Below are positions 1 to 12,048 of a stretch of 32,000 bases of DNA, in pieces (the first letter of the stretch is position 1; each line of letters opens with the position of its first letter). The notes beneath the pieces were generated by a model, which did not search any database, was not told the DNA's origin, and saw only the letters and a list, made by a program, of their open reading frames with translations. The stretch is from Synechococcus sp. A15-28 (lineage in GTDB: Bacteria > Cyanobacteriota > Cyanobacteriia > PCC-6307 > Cyanobiaceae), in assembly GCF_014280175.1 (NCBI RefSeq), contig NZ_CP047931.1:2220001-2252000 (forward strand), given 5' to 3'. Made by a program: the position numbers and the translations under genes.

Positions 1-1
1 G

Positions 2-313
2 CGGCGCTGGGGACCGCTCCGAGGTTTGTGGTGGCCCTACCGACGCCTGATTCCCCACCGATCGGTCTGGTCCCACGGGCCCCTGATCGGCACGGGCTTG
101 CGATTGCTGCTGCTGCTGGGGTGGTGGAGTCTGCTGTCAGCCCTCACAGGCTGGCCCACGAACGCAGGATTGCCCCAAATGATCCTTTGGCTCGAGCAAC
201 AGCCCCAGCAAGCGATCGCCCTCGTGATCGGCCTTGAGGCCAGCGCCTGGCTGCATCTGGTCCTGGATGGGGATCCCTGGCCTGTGGAGTGGGCCCAGCG
301 GCGCCGGCGATGA
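2..313 (+). CDS. DUF2227-like putative metal-binding/membrane protein, 3' part only
   Basis: The reading frame is open from the window edge to TGA at 311-313 (RRWGPLRGLWWPYRRLIPHRSVWSHGPLIGTGLRLLLLLGWW...). The family call comes from memory of the HRSxxSHGPLIGT motif. Confidence 0.6.
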   Translation, partial: RRWGPLRGLWWPYRRLIPHRSVWSHGPLIGTGLRLLLLLGWWSLLSALTGWPTNAGLPQMILWLEQQPQQAIALVIGLEASAWLHLVLDGDPWPVEWAQRRRR

Positions 314-343
314 CAAGGTGGGCGCGCATCGATTGCCCCCTCC

Positions 344-1156
344 ATGGCTTCAGACCGACCTGATGCGCTGCAGCAACTGATCGATGTGGTGGCCCGTCTG
401 CGGGATCCCGATCAGGGCTGCCCCTGGGATCTGCAGCAAACCCACGCCACGTTGGTGCCTTACGTGCTGGAGGAGGCCCATGAAGTGGCCGATGCCATTC
501 GCCATGGCGACGACGCCCACCTCAAGGAGGAATTGGGCGATCTGCTGTTGCAGGTGATCCTCCATGCCCAGATCAGCCGCGAGCGGGGGAGCTTTGATGT
601 TGATGCCATCGCGAGCGCCATCAGCGACAAACTGATCCGCCGCCATCCCCATGTGTTCGGCGGAGAGCCACGCAGCTGGGATGAGATCAAAGCCGAAGAA
701 CAGGCCGAATCCCTGGCCCGGTCCACCAGTCCCCTCAGCGATCGGCTGACCAGCAAGGTGCGGGGCATGCCCGCTCTGGCCGGCGCCATGGTCATCTCCA
801 AGCAAGCGGCCAAGGCCGGCTTCGAGTGGGATGACATGGCCGGCGTCTGGGAGAAGGTCCACGAGGAGCTGGACGAACTCAAGGAGGCGGTGGCCAGCGG
901 CGACCAGGGCCATGCCCAGGAGGAGCTGGGGGATCTGCTGTTCACCCTGGTGAACGTGGCGCGTTGGTGCAGCCTCGATCCCGAGGAGGGGCTGGCGGGA
1001 ACCAACCACCGCTTCCTCGACCGCTTCTCCCGGGTGGAATCCGCCCTGGGCGGCGATCTTCAAGGTCGCAGCATCCAGGAACTGGACACCCTCTGGCAGG
1101 CGGCCAAGGCTCAGATCAGGGCTGAACAGGCGCAAGCTCACGCCTCAGGAACTTGA
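344..1156 (+). CDS. mazG: MazG family nucleoside triphosphate pyrophosphohydrolase
   Basis: 270-aa ORF with two MazG-type halves: LRDPDQGCPWDLQQTHATLVPYVLEEAHEVADAI, HLKEELGDLLLQVILHAQI, EELGDLLFTLVNVARW. Confidence 0.95.
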   Translation: MASDRPDALQQLIDVVARLRDPDQGCPWDLQQTHATLVPYVLEEAHEVADAIRHGDDAHLKEELGDLLLQVILHAQISRERGSFDVDAIASAISDKLIRRHPHVFGGEPRSWDEIKAEEQAESLARSTSPLSDRLTSKVRGMPALAGAMVISKQAAKAGFEWDDMAGVWEKVHEELDELKEAVASGDQGHAQEELGDLLFTLVNVARWCSLDPEEGLAGTNHRFLDRFSRVESALGGDLQGRSIQELDTLWQAAKAQIRAEQAQAHASGT

Positions 1157-1859
1157 TCACGGCAGCCCAGGCCTGATCGGCAAGATCCGGATCCCAGCGC
1201 CAGCCGTCATCACGCATGAAGGTGTGATTGGCCTCAAACAACAGGGTCTCGTGCTTCAGCCCACGCAGGGCCTCGAGAACCCCCTCGCGATCGTCAGCCG
1301 GTACGTGAGGATCGTCCGAGCCGAACAGCGTGAACAAGGCCCCCTGGATCTCGCCGGCCCGCTGCAGAGAATCAGCGACGCCTCGGCCCAGTTTTCCGTT
1401 CTGCAACCCGGTTGGGTAGAGGCAAGCCGTTGCACGCACCTCGGGTCGCAGAGCAGCACGGAAGGCGAGATGGCCACCGATGCAGAAACCGATGGCACCA
1501 AGGCGCTGCTCATCCACCTCGGCCTGGTCCCTCAGCCAGCTCAGCAACGCCTGGGCATCCGCGTCGTAGGCGGCGATCTCCGTGCGACGGGCGGCGTCGT
1601 TGCCCCGCAGTCGACCGATCGCGTCGGGCTCGATCACCGTCCCCACCGGCTCCAGGCGATGGAAGATCTCCGGCGCCGCCACCACAAATCCATAGCCGGC
1701 CAGGCGATTCGCCAACCGCAGGATCGGATCGCCGAGTTGGTAGATGTCCGAATAAAACATCAGCCCGGGCCAGGGGCCCTGCTCGACGGGCCGAGCCAGA
1801 TGAACCCGCATCAGGCTGTCGTCCACGGTCAGACCGATGGTCTGTTGCTCGATCCGCAT
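1116..1859 (-). CDS. Dienelactone hydrolase family protein
   Basis: The ORF extends to 1919, with a probable start at MRIEQQTIGL (1859). Contains GFCIGGHLAF nucleophile elbow, late DPHVP acid and NHTFM histidine. Converges with and overlaps mazG by 41 bp. Confidence 0.9.
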   Translation of the reverse strand: MRIEQQTIGLTVDDSLMRVHLARPVEQGPWPGLMFYSDIYQLGDPILRLANRLAGYGFVVAAPEIFHRLEPVGTVIEPDAIGRLRGNDAARRTEIAAYDADAQALLSWLRDQAEVDEQRLGAIGFCIGGHLAFRAALRPEVRATACLYPTGLQNGKLGRGVADSLQRAGEIQGALFTLFGSDDPHVPADDREGVLEALRGLKHETLLFEANHTFMRDDGWRWDPDLADQAWAAVIKFLRRELAPVQP

Positions 1860-1872
1860 GGCAAGCGGTGCG

Positions 1873-2307
1873 TCACTCCTCAAGTGTTGGCCGATTGCCG
1901 CGCTGACGCTTGAGATCACCGCGCTTTTTCTTGGCCTGCAGACGACGCTTCACCGCACCGCGTCCTGGACGGGCGGACTTCCGCGATGGTGGCGGAGGCT
2001 GCAGACCTTGCCGCAGCAGCTCGGCCATGCGATGCAGAGCCTTCTGACGGTTCTGCCACTGGGAGCGCTCGTCCGCCACCACCACCCGCAAACAACCATC
2101 CGACAGCCGGGACGCCAGCTGCTCCAGCAATCGAGCCCGGCGGAAGGGGCCCAGCACCGAACAGGTTTGAAGATCCAGCACCAGCTCCACCCGCGAATCG
2201 GTGGTGTTCACCCCCTGGCCCCCCGGACCGGAGGCCCGCGAGAAGCGCCATTGCAACTCCCCTGAGGGAATCACCAGGCGGTCGGTGACATGGAGATCCA
2301 GGACCAT
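1873..2307 (-). CDS. arfB: ArfB/YaeJ-type peptidyl-tRNA hydrolase (class I release-factor-like rescue factor)
   Basis: [21 protein letters not shown] carries the GGQ motif without other RF domains. The basic C-terminal tail ([18 protein letters not shown]) fits. Probable start MVLDLHVTD at 2307. Confidence 0.85.
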   Translation of the reverse strand: MVLDLHVTDRLVIPSGELQWRFSRASGPGGQGVNTTDSRVELVLDLQTCSVLGPFRRARLLEQLASRLSDGCLRVVVADERSQWQNRQKALHRMAELLRQGLQPPPPSRKSARPGRGAVKRRLQAKKKRGDLKRQRGNRPTLEE

Positions 2308-3214
2308 GACCTCAAGCTGGCACCTCGACCCCATCAGCGAGTTCACTGGAGAGATCACGAACACCAGCGCCATGGGCGGATGGATCGATGAAGAACACCG
2401 TGGGGTCCGCTACGGCCTTGCCGGAGAGGTGCTCGTGGAGGAGACCAGCCCGTTTCAGCGGATCAGCGTGATCCGCAGCGAGCGGTACGGCAAAGGCCTG
2501 CTGCTCGATGGCTGTTGGATGACCGCCGAGCAGCAGGAGCGGCACTATCACGAAGCGCTGGTCCATCCAGCCCTCTGCAGCGCAGAGGCAATCGAACGGG
2601 TGCTGGTGATCGGCGGCGGCGACGGGGGCACCGCCCGCGAATGTCTGCGTTACCCGGACGTGAGTCACCTTGACCTGGTGGAGATCGACGGACGGGTGGT
2701 GGAGCTCAGCCGGAAGCACTTACCGGGCATCGGCGGAGCGGCCTGGAGTGATCCCCGCTGTCACCTCACCGTGGGGGACGGCATCGCATGGGCCGCCGCC
2801 GCTCCTGATCAGAGCTACGACGTTGTGCTGGTGGATGGATCTGACCCGGCGGGCCCGGCGGAGGGCCTGTTCAATCGAGCGTTCTTTGAACACTGCAGGC
2901 GCATCCTCCGACCTGGCGGGGTGTTCGCCACCCAGAGCGAATCCCCGGAAGCCTTCCGCGAGGTGCATGTGGCCATGGTGCGCCTGCTGCGTGAGGTGTT
3001 CGGCCATGCCGACCCTCTCTACGGATGGGTGCCGATGTATCCCAGCGGCTGGTGGAGCTGGACCGTCGCTGCTGTGGATGGCCCCCGTTACCGAACGGTC
3101 CAGCCGGCACGGGCAGAGCAGGTGGCCGAGGGCTGTGAGATCTGGAGCCCTCGCTGGCAACAGGGCGCCCTGGATACCGTCCCCGCCTTCATCGCACGGG
3201 AGTTGGCGCGATGA
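2306..3214 (+). CDS. speE: Spermidine/polyamine synthase (PAPT family)
   Basis: [44 protein letters not shown]...[18 protein letters not shown]. Start MTSSWHLDP. Confidence 0.92.
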   Translation: MTSSWHLDPISEFTGEITNTSAMGGWIDEEHRGVRYGLAGEVLVEETSPFQRISVIRSERYGKGLLLDGCWMTAEQQERHYHEALVHPALCSAEAIERVLVIGGGDGGTARECLRYPDVSHLDLVEIDGRVVELSRKHLPGIGGAAWSDPRCHLTVGDGIAWAAAAPDQSYDVVLVDGSDPAGPAEGLFNRAFFEHCRRILRPGGVFATQSESPEAFREVHVAMVRLLREVFGHADPLYGWVPMYPSGWWSWTVAAVDGPRYRTVQPARAEQVAEGCEIWSPRWQQGALDTVPAFIARELAR

Positions 3215-4074
3215 CCCCTTTCGACAGCGACGGCAGCATCTTCATGGGATCCCGCCGCGACCCAGCCGGCTGCCGCATCGGCCTGTTCGGCGTCCCTTAC
3301 GACGGCACCACCTCCTTCCGGCCAGGCACCCGGTTTGGACCGGCCGCGATCCGTGAGGTGAGCCAGGGCCTGGAAACCTATTGCCCGCAACTGGAGATGG
3401 ATCTGGAGGACCTGGCCTTTGCCGACCTCGGTGCTGTGGACATCCCCTTCGGCGCACCTGAACCCGTTGTGGAGGCCGTGCAACAGGCCACAGGGACTGT
3501 GCTCGATCTGGGTCTCAAACCTCTGATGCTGGGGGGCGAGCATTCGATCAGCTCCGGGGCTGTCGCCGCCGTCGCTGAACAACATCCCGATCTGGTGCTG
3601 GTGCAGCTGGATGCCCATGCGGACCTCCGGGAGGAGTGGCTCGGTGCCCGCCACAGCCATGCGTGTGCCATGCGGCGCTGCCTGGAGGTGCTGCCCAGTG
3701 GCGACCTGCTGCAGCTGGCCATTCGCAGCGGCACCCGCGATGAATTTCAAGAGCTGCAGAGCAGTGGACGGCGCATCACGGATGCAGCAGCGCTACAGCA
3801 AGCCCTGAAACCACTGCAAGGGAAACCGATCTATCTGACGGTGGATCTGGACTGGTTTGATCCAGCCGTGCTGCCCGGAACTGGGACCCCGGAACCCGGC
3901 GGCTTCCTGTGGAGGGATTTTGCAGCCGTGGTGGAGGTTCTGCGGGAGCATCGGCTCATCGCGGCCGATGTGGTGGAACTGGCGCCACAGCTCGACACCA
4001 GCGGGGTCAGCTCAGTTCTGGCGGCCAAGGTGACGCGAAGCCTGATCCTGCTGATGGGTGCGGCCGATCAATAG
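3211..4074 (+). CDS. speB: Agmatinase (ureohydrolase family)
   Basis: [66 protein letters not shown] overlap with the speE stop. Confidence 0.95.
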   Translation: MTPFDSDGSIFMGSRRDPAGCRIGLFGVPYDGTTSFRPGTRFGPAAIREVSQGLETYCPQLEMDLEDLAFADLGAVDIPFGAPEPVVEAVQQATGTVLDLGLKPLMLGGEHSISSGAVAAVAEQHPDLVLVQLDAHADLREEWLGARHSHACAMRRCLEVLPSGDLLQLAIRSGTRDEFQELQSSGRRITDAAALQQALKPLQGKPIYLTVDLDWFDPAVLPGTGTPEPGGFLWRDFAAVVEVLREHRLIAADVVELAPQLDTSGVSSVLAAKVTRSLILLMGAADQ

Positions 4075-4475
4075 AAGTGCCGTGCATCAGCCCGCTGTTG
4101 TCGCAATCGGGTGTGCTGCTGAGCGATCAGCTCCAGCACAAGGGTGGGATGGCGATGGATCAAGGCGAGGAAGCCGGAACGGTTCAACCGGATCACTGCC
4201 AGGGGAGTCAAGGCCTTGGCATCGCGGCTGTGGAATTGGTTGCTGGCCACAAGATCTTCGTAGAAGAACAACTGACCAGGGCCGTAACGAATGCGATTGC
4301 GGGGGCCACTGATCAGTTCCACCAGCCCCTGTTCAACGATGTGAATGGCCTGAACCGGCTCGCCACGGCGGAACACACACGCTCCCGTCGGAAGAGTTAG
4401 CCGATCGGCTTCAGCATGCTCACCGATCAGCTCCAGCGCGTTACTCACCCGAGACGACGAAGCCAACCAATTCAC
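4068..4475 (-). CDS. Small cyclic-nucleotide-binding-fold (Crp-like effector domain) protein without visible HTH
   Basis: LTLPTGACVFRRGEPVQAIHIVEQGLVELIS...YGPGQLFFYEDLVA resembles the CNMP-binding beta-roll. The ORF ends before any DNA-binding helix-turn-helix. Confidence 0.7.
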   Translation of the reverse strand: MNWLASSSRVSNALELIGEHAEADRLTLPTGACVFRRGEPVQAIHIVEQGLVELISGPRNRIRYGPGQLFFYEDLVASNQFHSRDAKALTPLAVIRLNRSGFLALIHRHPTLVLELIAQQHTRLRQQRADARHFY

Positions 4476-4912
4476 AAAAACAACATCTTATTTTGGCTGA
4501 CGAAAAAATTTGATCGCGTAACCGACAACACACCCAGCGACTCCTTGAACAAAGCTTCACCAATCCTTAAGCGAGGGCACGGTCAAGTTCAAGCTGCTGG
4601 TCCATTTCCTCATGCTGAGCTTTTTTGATCACCGGCAGCTGCGGCGAGCGAGGGGTCCAGTGATGGCAGACCACGAGATCTGCCACGTCCGCATGCACGG
4701 CCAATCGACGCAAACGGCACCAGCCCTCGACTGTTCCGGCTCCAGAACAATGCTGACAACTGCGACAGCAGTGCGTGCCCGCCAACAACAACCCTCGAGG
4801 AGCGCTCAAGTTAGTGACGGTCAAAAAAATGGACCAGTCCCGCTGGCAGATCTGCTGTTTCCTTTCCACTTTCCACAGCTCTCAATGAGAATGCTGCGTT
4901 TTCCAGCCGTCC

Positions 4913-6016
4913 ATGACCCTGCAGCGCACGCCTCTCCATCAGCTCTGCCAGGACGGCGGCGGCCGCATGGTGCCCTTTGCAGGCTGGGAGATGCCTGTGC
5001 AATTCAGTGGGCTGATCCATGAGCACAAAGCCGTCCGCGAACACGTGGGCATGTTCGACATCTCCCATATGGGGGTTTTACGGCTGGAGGGGCCCAACCC
5101 CAAAGATGCACTGCAACAGCTGGTGCCGAGCGATCTGCATCGCATCGGACCCGGCGAAGCCTGTTACACGGTGCTGCTGAACGAGGCCGGCGGCATTCGG
5201 GATGACCTGATCGTTTACGACTGCGGTGCCCTCGACGACGACCAAGGTGCCCTGGTGCTGGTGATCAACGCCGCCTGCGCCGATGCAGACACCGCCTGGA
5301 TCCGAGAGCGCATGGAACCGGCTGGCCTCACGGTGACCGACATCAAGGACGGCGGCGTGCTGCTCGCTGTCCAGGGCCCTGACGCCATGGGATTGCTGGA
5401 GGAGTTGAGCGGTGAGGACCTCAGCGGGTTGCCCCGCTTCGGCCACCGCAGCCTCAACCTCCAAGGAATCACCCATCCGGTGTTCACAGCCCGCACGGGG
5501 TACACCGGTGAGGACGGTGCTGAGCTGCTGCTCAGTGCGGACGACGGGCAGAAGCTCTGGCAAATCCTGTTGGATCGCGGCGTCTGCCCCTGCGGGCTCG
5601 GGGCTCGCGACACCTTGCGTCTGGAAGCCGCCATGCACCTCTACGGCATGGACATGAACGCGGACACCACACCTTTTGAAGCCGGCCTGGGCTGGCTGGT
5701 GCATCTGGAGATGCCGGCGGAGTTCGTCGGTCGCCAGGCCCTGGAGCAAGCCGCAGCGTCCGGTCCCTCCAAACGGCTGGTGGGCCTCAAGTTGCAGGGA
5801 CGCGCCATCGCCCGTCACGACTATCCAGTGCTGCACAACGGAGAAACCGTCGGTGTGGTGACCAGCGGCACCTGGTCTCCAACCCTGGAGGAGCCCATCG
5901 CTCTGGCTTACGTCCCCACCAACCTCGCCGAGGTGGGCAGCGAGCTGAGCGTTGAGATCCGCGGCAAGGCCCAGCCCGCCGTTGTGGTCAAACGTCCCTT
6001 CTACCGCCGGTCCTGA
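4913..6016 (+). CDS. gcvT: Glycine cleavage system T protein (aminomethyltransferase)
   Basis: [26 protein letters not shown]...[16 protein letters not shown]...[13 protein letters not shown]...[21 protein letters not shown]. Confidence 0.96.
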   Translation: MTLQRTPLHQLCQDGGGRMVPFAGWEMPVQFSGLIHEHKAVREHVGMFDISHMGVLRLEGPNPKDALQQLVPSDLHRIGPGEACYTVLLNEAGGIRDDLIVYDCGALDDDQGALVLVINAACADADTAWIRERMEPAGLTVTDIKDGGVLLAVQGPDAMGLLEELSGEDLSGLPRFGHRSLNLQGITHPVFTARTGYTGEDGAELLLSADDGQKLWQILLDRGVCPCGLGARDTLRLEAAMHLYGMDMNADTTPFEAGLGWLVHLEMPAEFVGRQALEQAAASGPSKRLVGLKLQGRAIARHDYPVLHNGETVGVVTSGTWSPTLEEPIALAYVPTNLAEVGSELSVEIRGKAQPAVVVKRPFYRRS

Positions 6017-6053
6017 GCTGTGGGAAACTCGCCTGTCTTCGGCTGAGACTCCC

Positions 6054-7886
6054 ATGCGCAGCAACGGTTGCGGCGACCTGCGCGAGCAGAACATCGACAA
6101 CTCGGTGCAGCTCTGCGGCTGGGTGGACCGGCGCCGCGACCATGGCGGGGTGATCTTCATCGACCTGCGCGACCGCAGCGGCACGGTTCAGATCACGGTG
6201 GATCCCGATCTGGGCGCCGACGCCTTCGCCGTCGCCGAGCATCTGCGCAGCGAGACCGTGCTGCAGGTGGAGGGGAAAGTGCGGGCCCGGCCTGGCGAAT
6301 CCCTGAACGACAAGCTGGCCACCGGTGCTGTGGAAGTGCTGGCCAGCGGCATCACCGTGCTCAACAGCGTCAAGGGCAACCTGCCCTTCCCCGTCTCGGT
6401 GCACGACGAGGAGAACACCCGCGAAGAGCTGCGGCTGCGCCACCGCTATCTGGATCTGCGCCGCAAGCGCATGAACGACAACCTGCGGCTGCGGGCCCAG
6501 ACGATCCAGGCCGCCCGTCGTTTCCTGGAAGATGAAGGCTTCATCGAGGTGGAGACCCCGGTGCTGACCCGCTCCACCCCGGAAGGCGCCCGCGACTACG
6601 TGCTGCCCAGCCGGGTCTGCGGCGGCGACTGGTTCGCCCTGCCCCAGTCCCCCCAGTTGTTCAAGCAGCTGCTGATGGTGGGCGGCATCGAGCGGTATTA
6701 CCAGGTGGCCCGCTGTTTCCGCGACGAAGACCTGCGGGCCGACCGCCAGCCGGAGTTCACCCAGCTGGACATCGAGATGAGCTTCATGGATCAGGAGCAG
6801 ATCCTAGAGCTGAACGAATCACTGATCTGCGCCATCTGGAAGGCCGTGAAGGGCATCGACCTGCCGCGACCCTTCCCGCGCATGACCTGGCATGACGCCA
6901 TGGAGCGCTACGGCACCGACCGGCCCGACACCCGCTACGGCATGGAGCTCACCAACGTGAGCGACATCGTCAAGGACATGGGCTTCAAGGTGTTCAGTGG
7001 CGCCGTGAAGTCCGGCGGCGCGGTGAAGTGCATCGCGGTGCCCGGCGGCAACGATGCGGTGAGCAACGTGCGGATCAAGCCTGGCGGCGACGTGTTCAGT
7101 GAGGCCCAGAAAGCCGGTGCCGGTGGCCTGGCCTTCATCCGCGTGCGCGACGGCGGTGAGATCGACACCATCGGCGCCATCAAGGACAATCTCAGCGATG
7201 AGCAGAAGCAGGAGCTGCTCAGCCGCGCTGGCGCGGAACCCGGCACCCTGCTGCTGTTCGGTGCCGGCGACACCGCCACGGTGAACAAGGCCCTCGACCG
7301 GGTGCGCCAGTATCTGGCCAAGGAGCTGGGCATGGTCAAGGCCGACAGCGACAACGACCAGTGGAACTTCCTCTGGGTGGTGGACTTCCCGATGTTCGAG
7401 TTCAACAGCGACGAGAACCGTTACGAGGCTCTGCACCACCCCTTCTGTGCTCCCAACACCGAAGATCTCGGCAGCGATGCGTCGCAGTGGGCCGACACCC
7501 TGCCAGGAGCCCGGGCCCAGGCCTACGACCTTGTGCTCAATGGCCTGGAGCTCGGTGGTGGTTCCCTGCGCATCCATGACTCCGCCCTGCAGCGCCAGGT
7601 GTTGCAGACGGTGGGTTTACCGCTCGAGGAGGCCCAGGAGCAGTTCGGCTTCCTGATGGATGCTCTCGATGTGGGCGCACCTCCCCACGGCGGCCTGGCC
7701 TTCGGTGTGGACAGGATGGTGATGCTGCTGGCCGGCGAGGAATCGATCCGCGACACCATTGCCTTCCCCAAGACCCAGCAGGCCCGCTGCCTGATGACCA
7801 ATGCCCCAGGGGGCGTGGCCGATAAGCAGCTGGAAGAGCTGCACGTCGCCAGCACCTGGGTGGAGCCCAGCGACGACGACGGGTGA
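6054..7886 (+). CDS. aspS: Aspartyl-tRNA synthetase
   Basis: [43 protein letters not shown]; class II motifs [23 protein letters not shown] and [16 protein letters not shown]. Confidence 0.97.
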   Translation: MRSNGCGDLREQNIDNSVQLCGWVDRRRDHGGVIFIDLRDRSGTVQITVDPDLGADAFAVAEHLRSETVLQVEGKVRARPGESLNDKLATGAVEVLASGITVLNSVKGNLPFPVSVHDEENTREELRLRHRYLDLRRKRMNDNLRLRAQTIQAARRFLEDEGFIEVETPVLTRSTPEGARDYVLPSRVCGGDWFALPQSPQLFKQLLMVGGIERYYQVARCFRDEDLRADRQPEFTQLDIEMSFMDQEQILELNESLICAIWKAVKGIDLPRPFPRMTWHDAMERYGTDRPDTRYGMELTNVSDIVKDMGFKVFSGAVKSGGAVKCIAVPGGNDAVSNVRIKPGGDVFSEAQKAGAGGLAFIRVRDGGEIDTIGAIKDNLSDEQKQELLSRAGAEPGTLLLFGAGDTATVNKALDRVRQYLAKELGMVKADSDNDQWNFLWVVDFPMFEFNSDENRYEALHHPFCAPNTEDLGSDASQWADTLPGARAQAYDLVLNGLELGGGSLRIHDSALQRQVLQTVGLPLEEAQEQFGFLMDALDVGAPPHGGLAFGVDRMVMLLAGEESIRDTIAFPKTQQARCLMTNAPGGVADKQLEELHVASTWVEPSDDDG

Positions 7887-7987
7887 TTCCTCACCTCAGC
7901 GTGGCCGATCCCGAAGGTATTCAGCGCTTTTGTCGCACTGTCCACGGCTGCGGGGAACCCTGAAGACAGTTCCTTTGCTCTCTGCCG

Positions 7988-9121
7988 TTGCCCCGTCAAC
8001 CCAGACGGACCGGGGAAACCCGTGACCGCCGCAGCCGCAGCACGACGGATCTTCTGCGGCTGTACCTGCAGGACATCGGTCGGGTTGATCTGCTCACCAA
8101 CGAGGAGGAGGTGACGCTGGCTCGGCTGGTGCAGCGGCGGGAAGCACTGCTTCAACAGCAACGGGATCTGGCCAGCAGTGACGCCGCCATCGGAGAGCTT
8201 CATCGCCTCGAGGAGCTGCAACGCCGAGAGGCCAACCAACACAGCCATTGGCCCACCAAACATGAGTGGGCCCGGGCCGCAGACCTGACCCTGGCGGAAC
8301 TGCAACAGCGGATCGAAGCCGGCTACAGCGCCTGGGCCAGGGAAGCCAAGCTGGAAGCTCGAGAGCTCAAGACCGCGCTGCGCAACGGTCGCCGCGCCAA
8401 GGACCACATGATCCAGGCCAACCTGCGCCTGGTGGTGGCTGTCGCCAAGAAGTACCAGCAACGCGGCATGGAACTGCTGGATCTGGTGCAGGAGGGCACC
8501 CTCGGACTGGAACGGGCGGTGGAGAAATTCGACCCGACCCGGGGCTTCCGCTTCAGCACCTATGCGTATTGGTGGATCCGCCAGGGGATGACGCGGGCCA
8601 TCGCCACCCAGAGCCGCACGATCCGCCTGCCGGTGCATGTCACCGAAAAACTGAATCGGATCAAACGGGCCCAGCAGGAGATCGCCGCCAATGAAGGGCG
8701 CATCGCCTCGATCGCCGATCTGGCCCGGGCGCTGAAGCTGAGTGAGGACACCGTGCGACAGACCCTCGCCAGGGTTCCCCGCTCAGTGTCATTGGACACC
8801 CGGGTGGGACGTGATCAGGACACCCAGCTCGGAGACCTGATCGAAGACGGCAAGGCCACACCGGAACAGAGCCTCACCCACGACGAGCTGCACAACGACC
8901 TCGAGCATCTCCTCGATGAGCTCACCAGCCGGGAGGCAGCGGTGCTGCGGCGCCGTTTCGGACTGGAGGACGACACGCCCCAGACCCTGGCTCAGATCGG
9001 CGAAGCCCTGAAACTCTCCCGCGAACGGGTCCGTCAGATCGAAACGCGGGCCCTGCTGAAACTGCGTCAACCGCAGCGCCGCAGCAAGGTGCGCGACTAC
9101 ATCCAAGGACTGGATTCCTGA
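7988..9121 (+). CDS. RpoD/SigA-family RNA polymerase sigma factor (group 2-like)
   Basis: [89 protein letters not shown]. The start codon (TTG as annotated) is uncertain. Confidence 0.93.
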   Translation: MPRQPRRTGETRDRRSRSTTDLLRLYLQDIGRVDLLTNEEEVTLARLVQRREALLQQQRDLASSDAAIGELHRLEELQRREANQHSHWPTKHEWARAADLTLAELQQRIEAGYSAWAREAKLEARELKTALRNGRRAKDHMIQANLRLVVAVAKKYQQRGMELLDLVQEGTLGLERAVEKFDPTRGFRFSTYAYWWIRQGMTRAIATQSRTIRLPVHVTEKLNRIKRAQQEIAANEGRIASIADLARALKLSEDTVRQTLARVPRSVSLDTRVGRDQDTQLGDLIEDGKATPEQSLTHDELHNDLEHLLDELTSREAAVLRRRFGLEDDTPQTLAQIGEALKLSRERVRQIETRALLKLRQPQRRSKVRDYIQGLDS

Positions 9122-9153
9122 GTCAAAATTGCGCGGTCTGCACGCAAACAACG

Positions 9154-9630
9154 ATGAGCAGCTCAATCAACATCGGCATCTCCGAGGACCAGCGTCAGCA
9201 GATTGCCGATGGTCTGGGACGGCTGCTGGCCGACACCTGGGTGTTGTACGGCAAGACCCATGGATTCCACTGGAACGTGACCGGTCCGATGTTCAACTCC
9301 CTGCACGGGATGTTCGACACCCAATACAACGAACTCTGGGATTCTCTGGATGAGATCGCGGAACGCATCCGCGCCCTGGGCATGCCCGCCCCATTCGGTG
9401 ACAGCACCCTCACCAAGCTGGCGTCGCTCCAGGAAGCAAGCTCCATCCCTGCTGCCATGGAGATGGTGCAACAGCTGATGAGCGACCACGAGGCTGTGGC
9501 ACGCACCGCCCGCACTGTCTTTGACATCGCGGATGGCGCCAACGATCAACCCACCGCAGACCTGCTCACCCAACGCCTGCAGGTGCACGAGAAAACCGCC
9601 TGGATGCTGCGCAGCCTGCTGCAGAACTGA
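9154..9630 (+). CDS. dps: Dps-family ferritin-like DNA-binding/starvation protein
   Basis: [53 protein letters not shown] is a Dps ferroxidase-region signature. Confidence 0.93.
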   Translation: MSSSINIGISEDQRQQIADGLGRLLADTWVLYGKTHGFHWNVTGPMFNSLHGMFDTQYNELWDSLDEIAERIRALGMPAPFGDSTLTKLASLQEASSIPAAMEMVQQLMSDHEAVARTARTVFDIADGANDQPTADLLTQRLQVHEKTAWMLRSLLQN

Positions 9631-9683
9631 CCGATTCAGCCTCGGGTGACTCTGGAGGTGTGGCCTTGCGCAAGCTAGTTTGA

Positions 9684-11953
<2,270 letters not shown>

Positions 11954-12048
11954 TCCTTCCTTCCGCAATCTCGAAAAACCCTACAAATGTCGGACGCGTG
12001 AATTCGCTCATAACAAGAACATAAATATCAGCTGAAGAACTACGTATC

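Noticed and set aside
4700-4912. Possible glycine riboswitch upstream of gcvT
   Set aside because: I looked for the conserved CTCAGGC/AAAGGACAGAG-type core and saw none. A covariance-model scan would be decisive.
5078-6184. 368-aa minus-strand ORF opposite gcvT
   Set aside because: It is antisense to clear gcvT and has no family signal.
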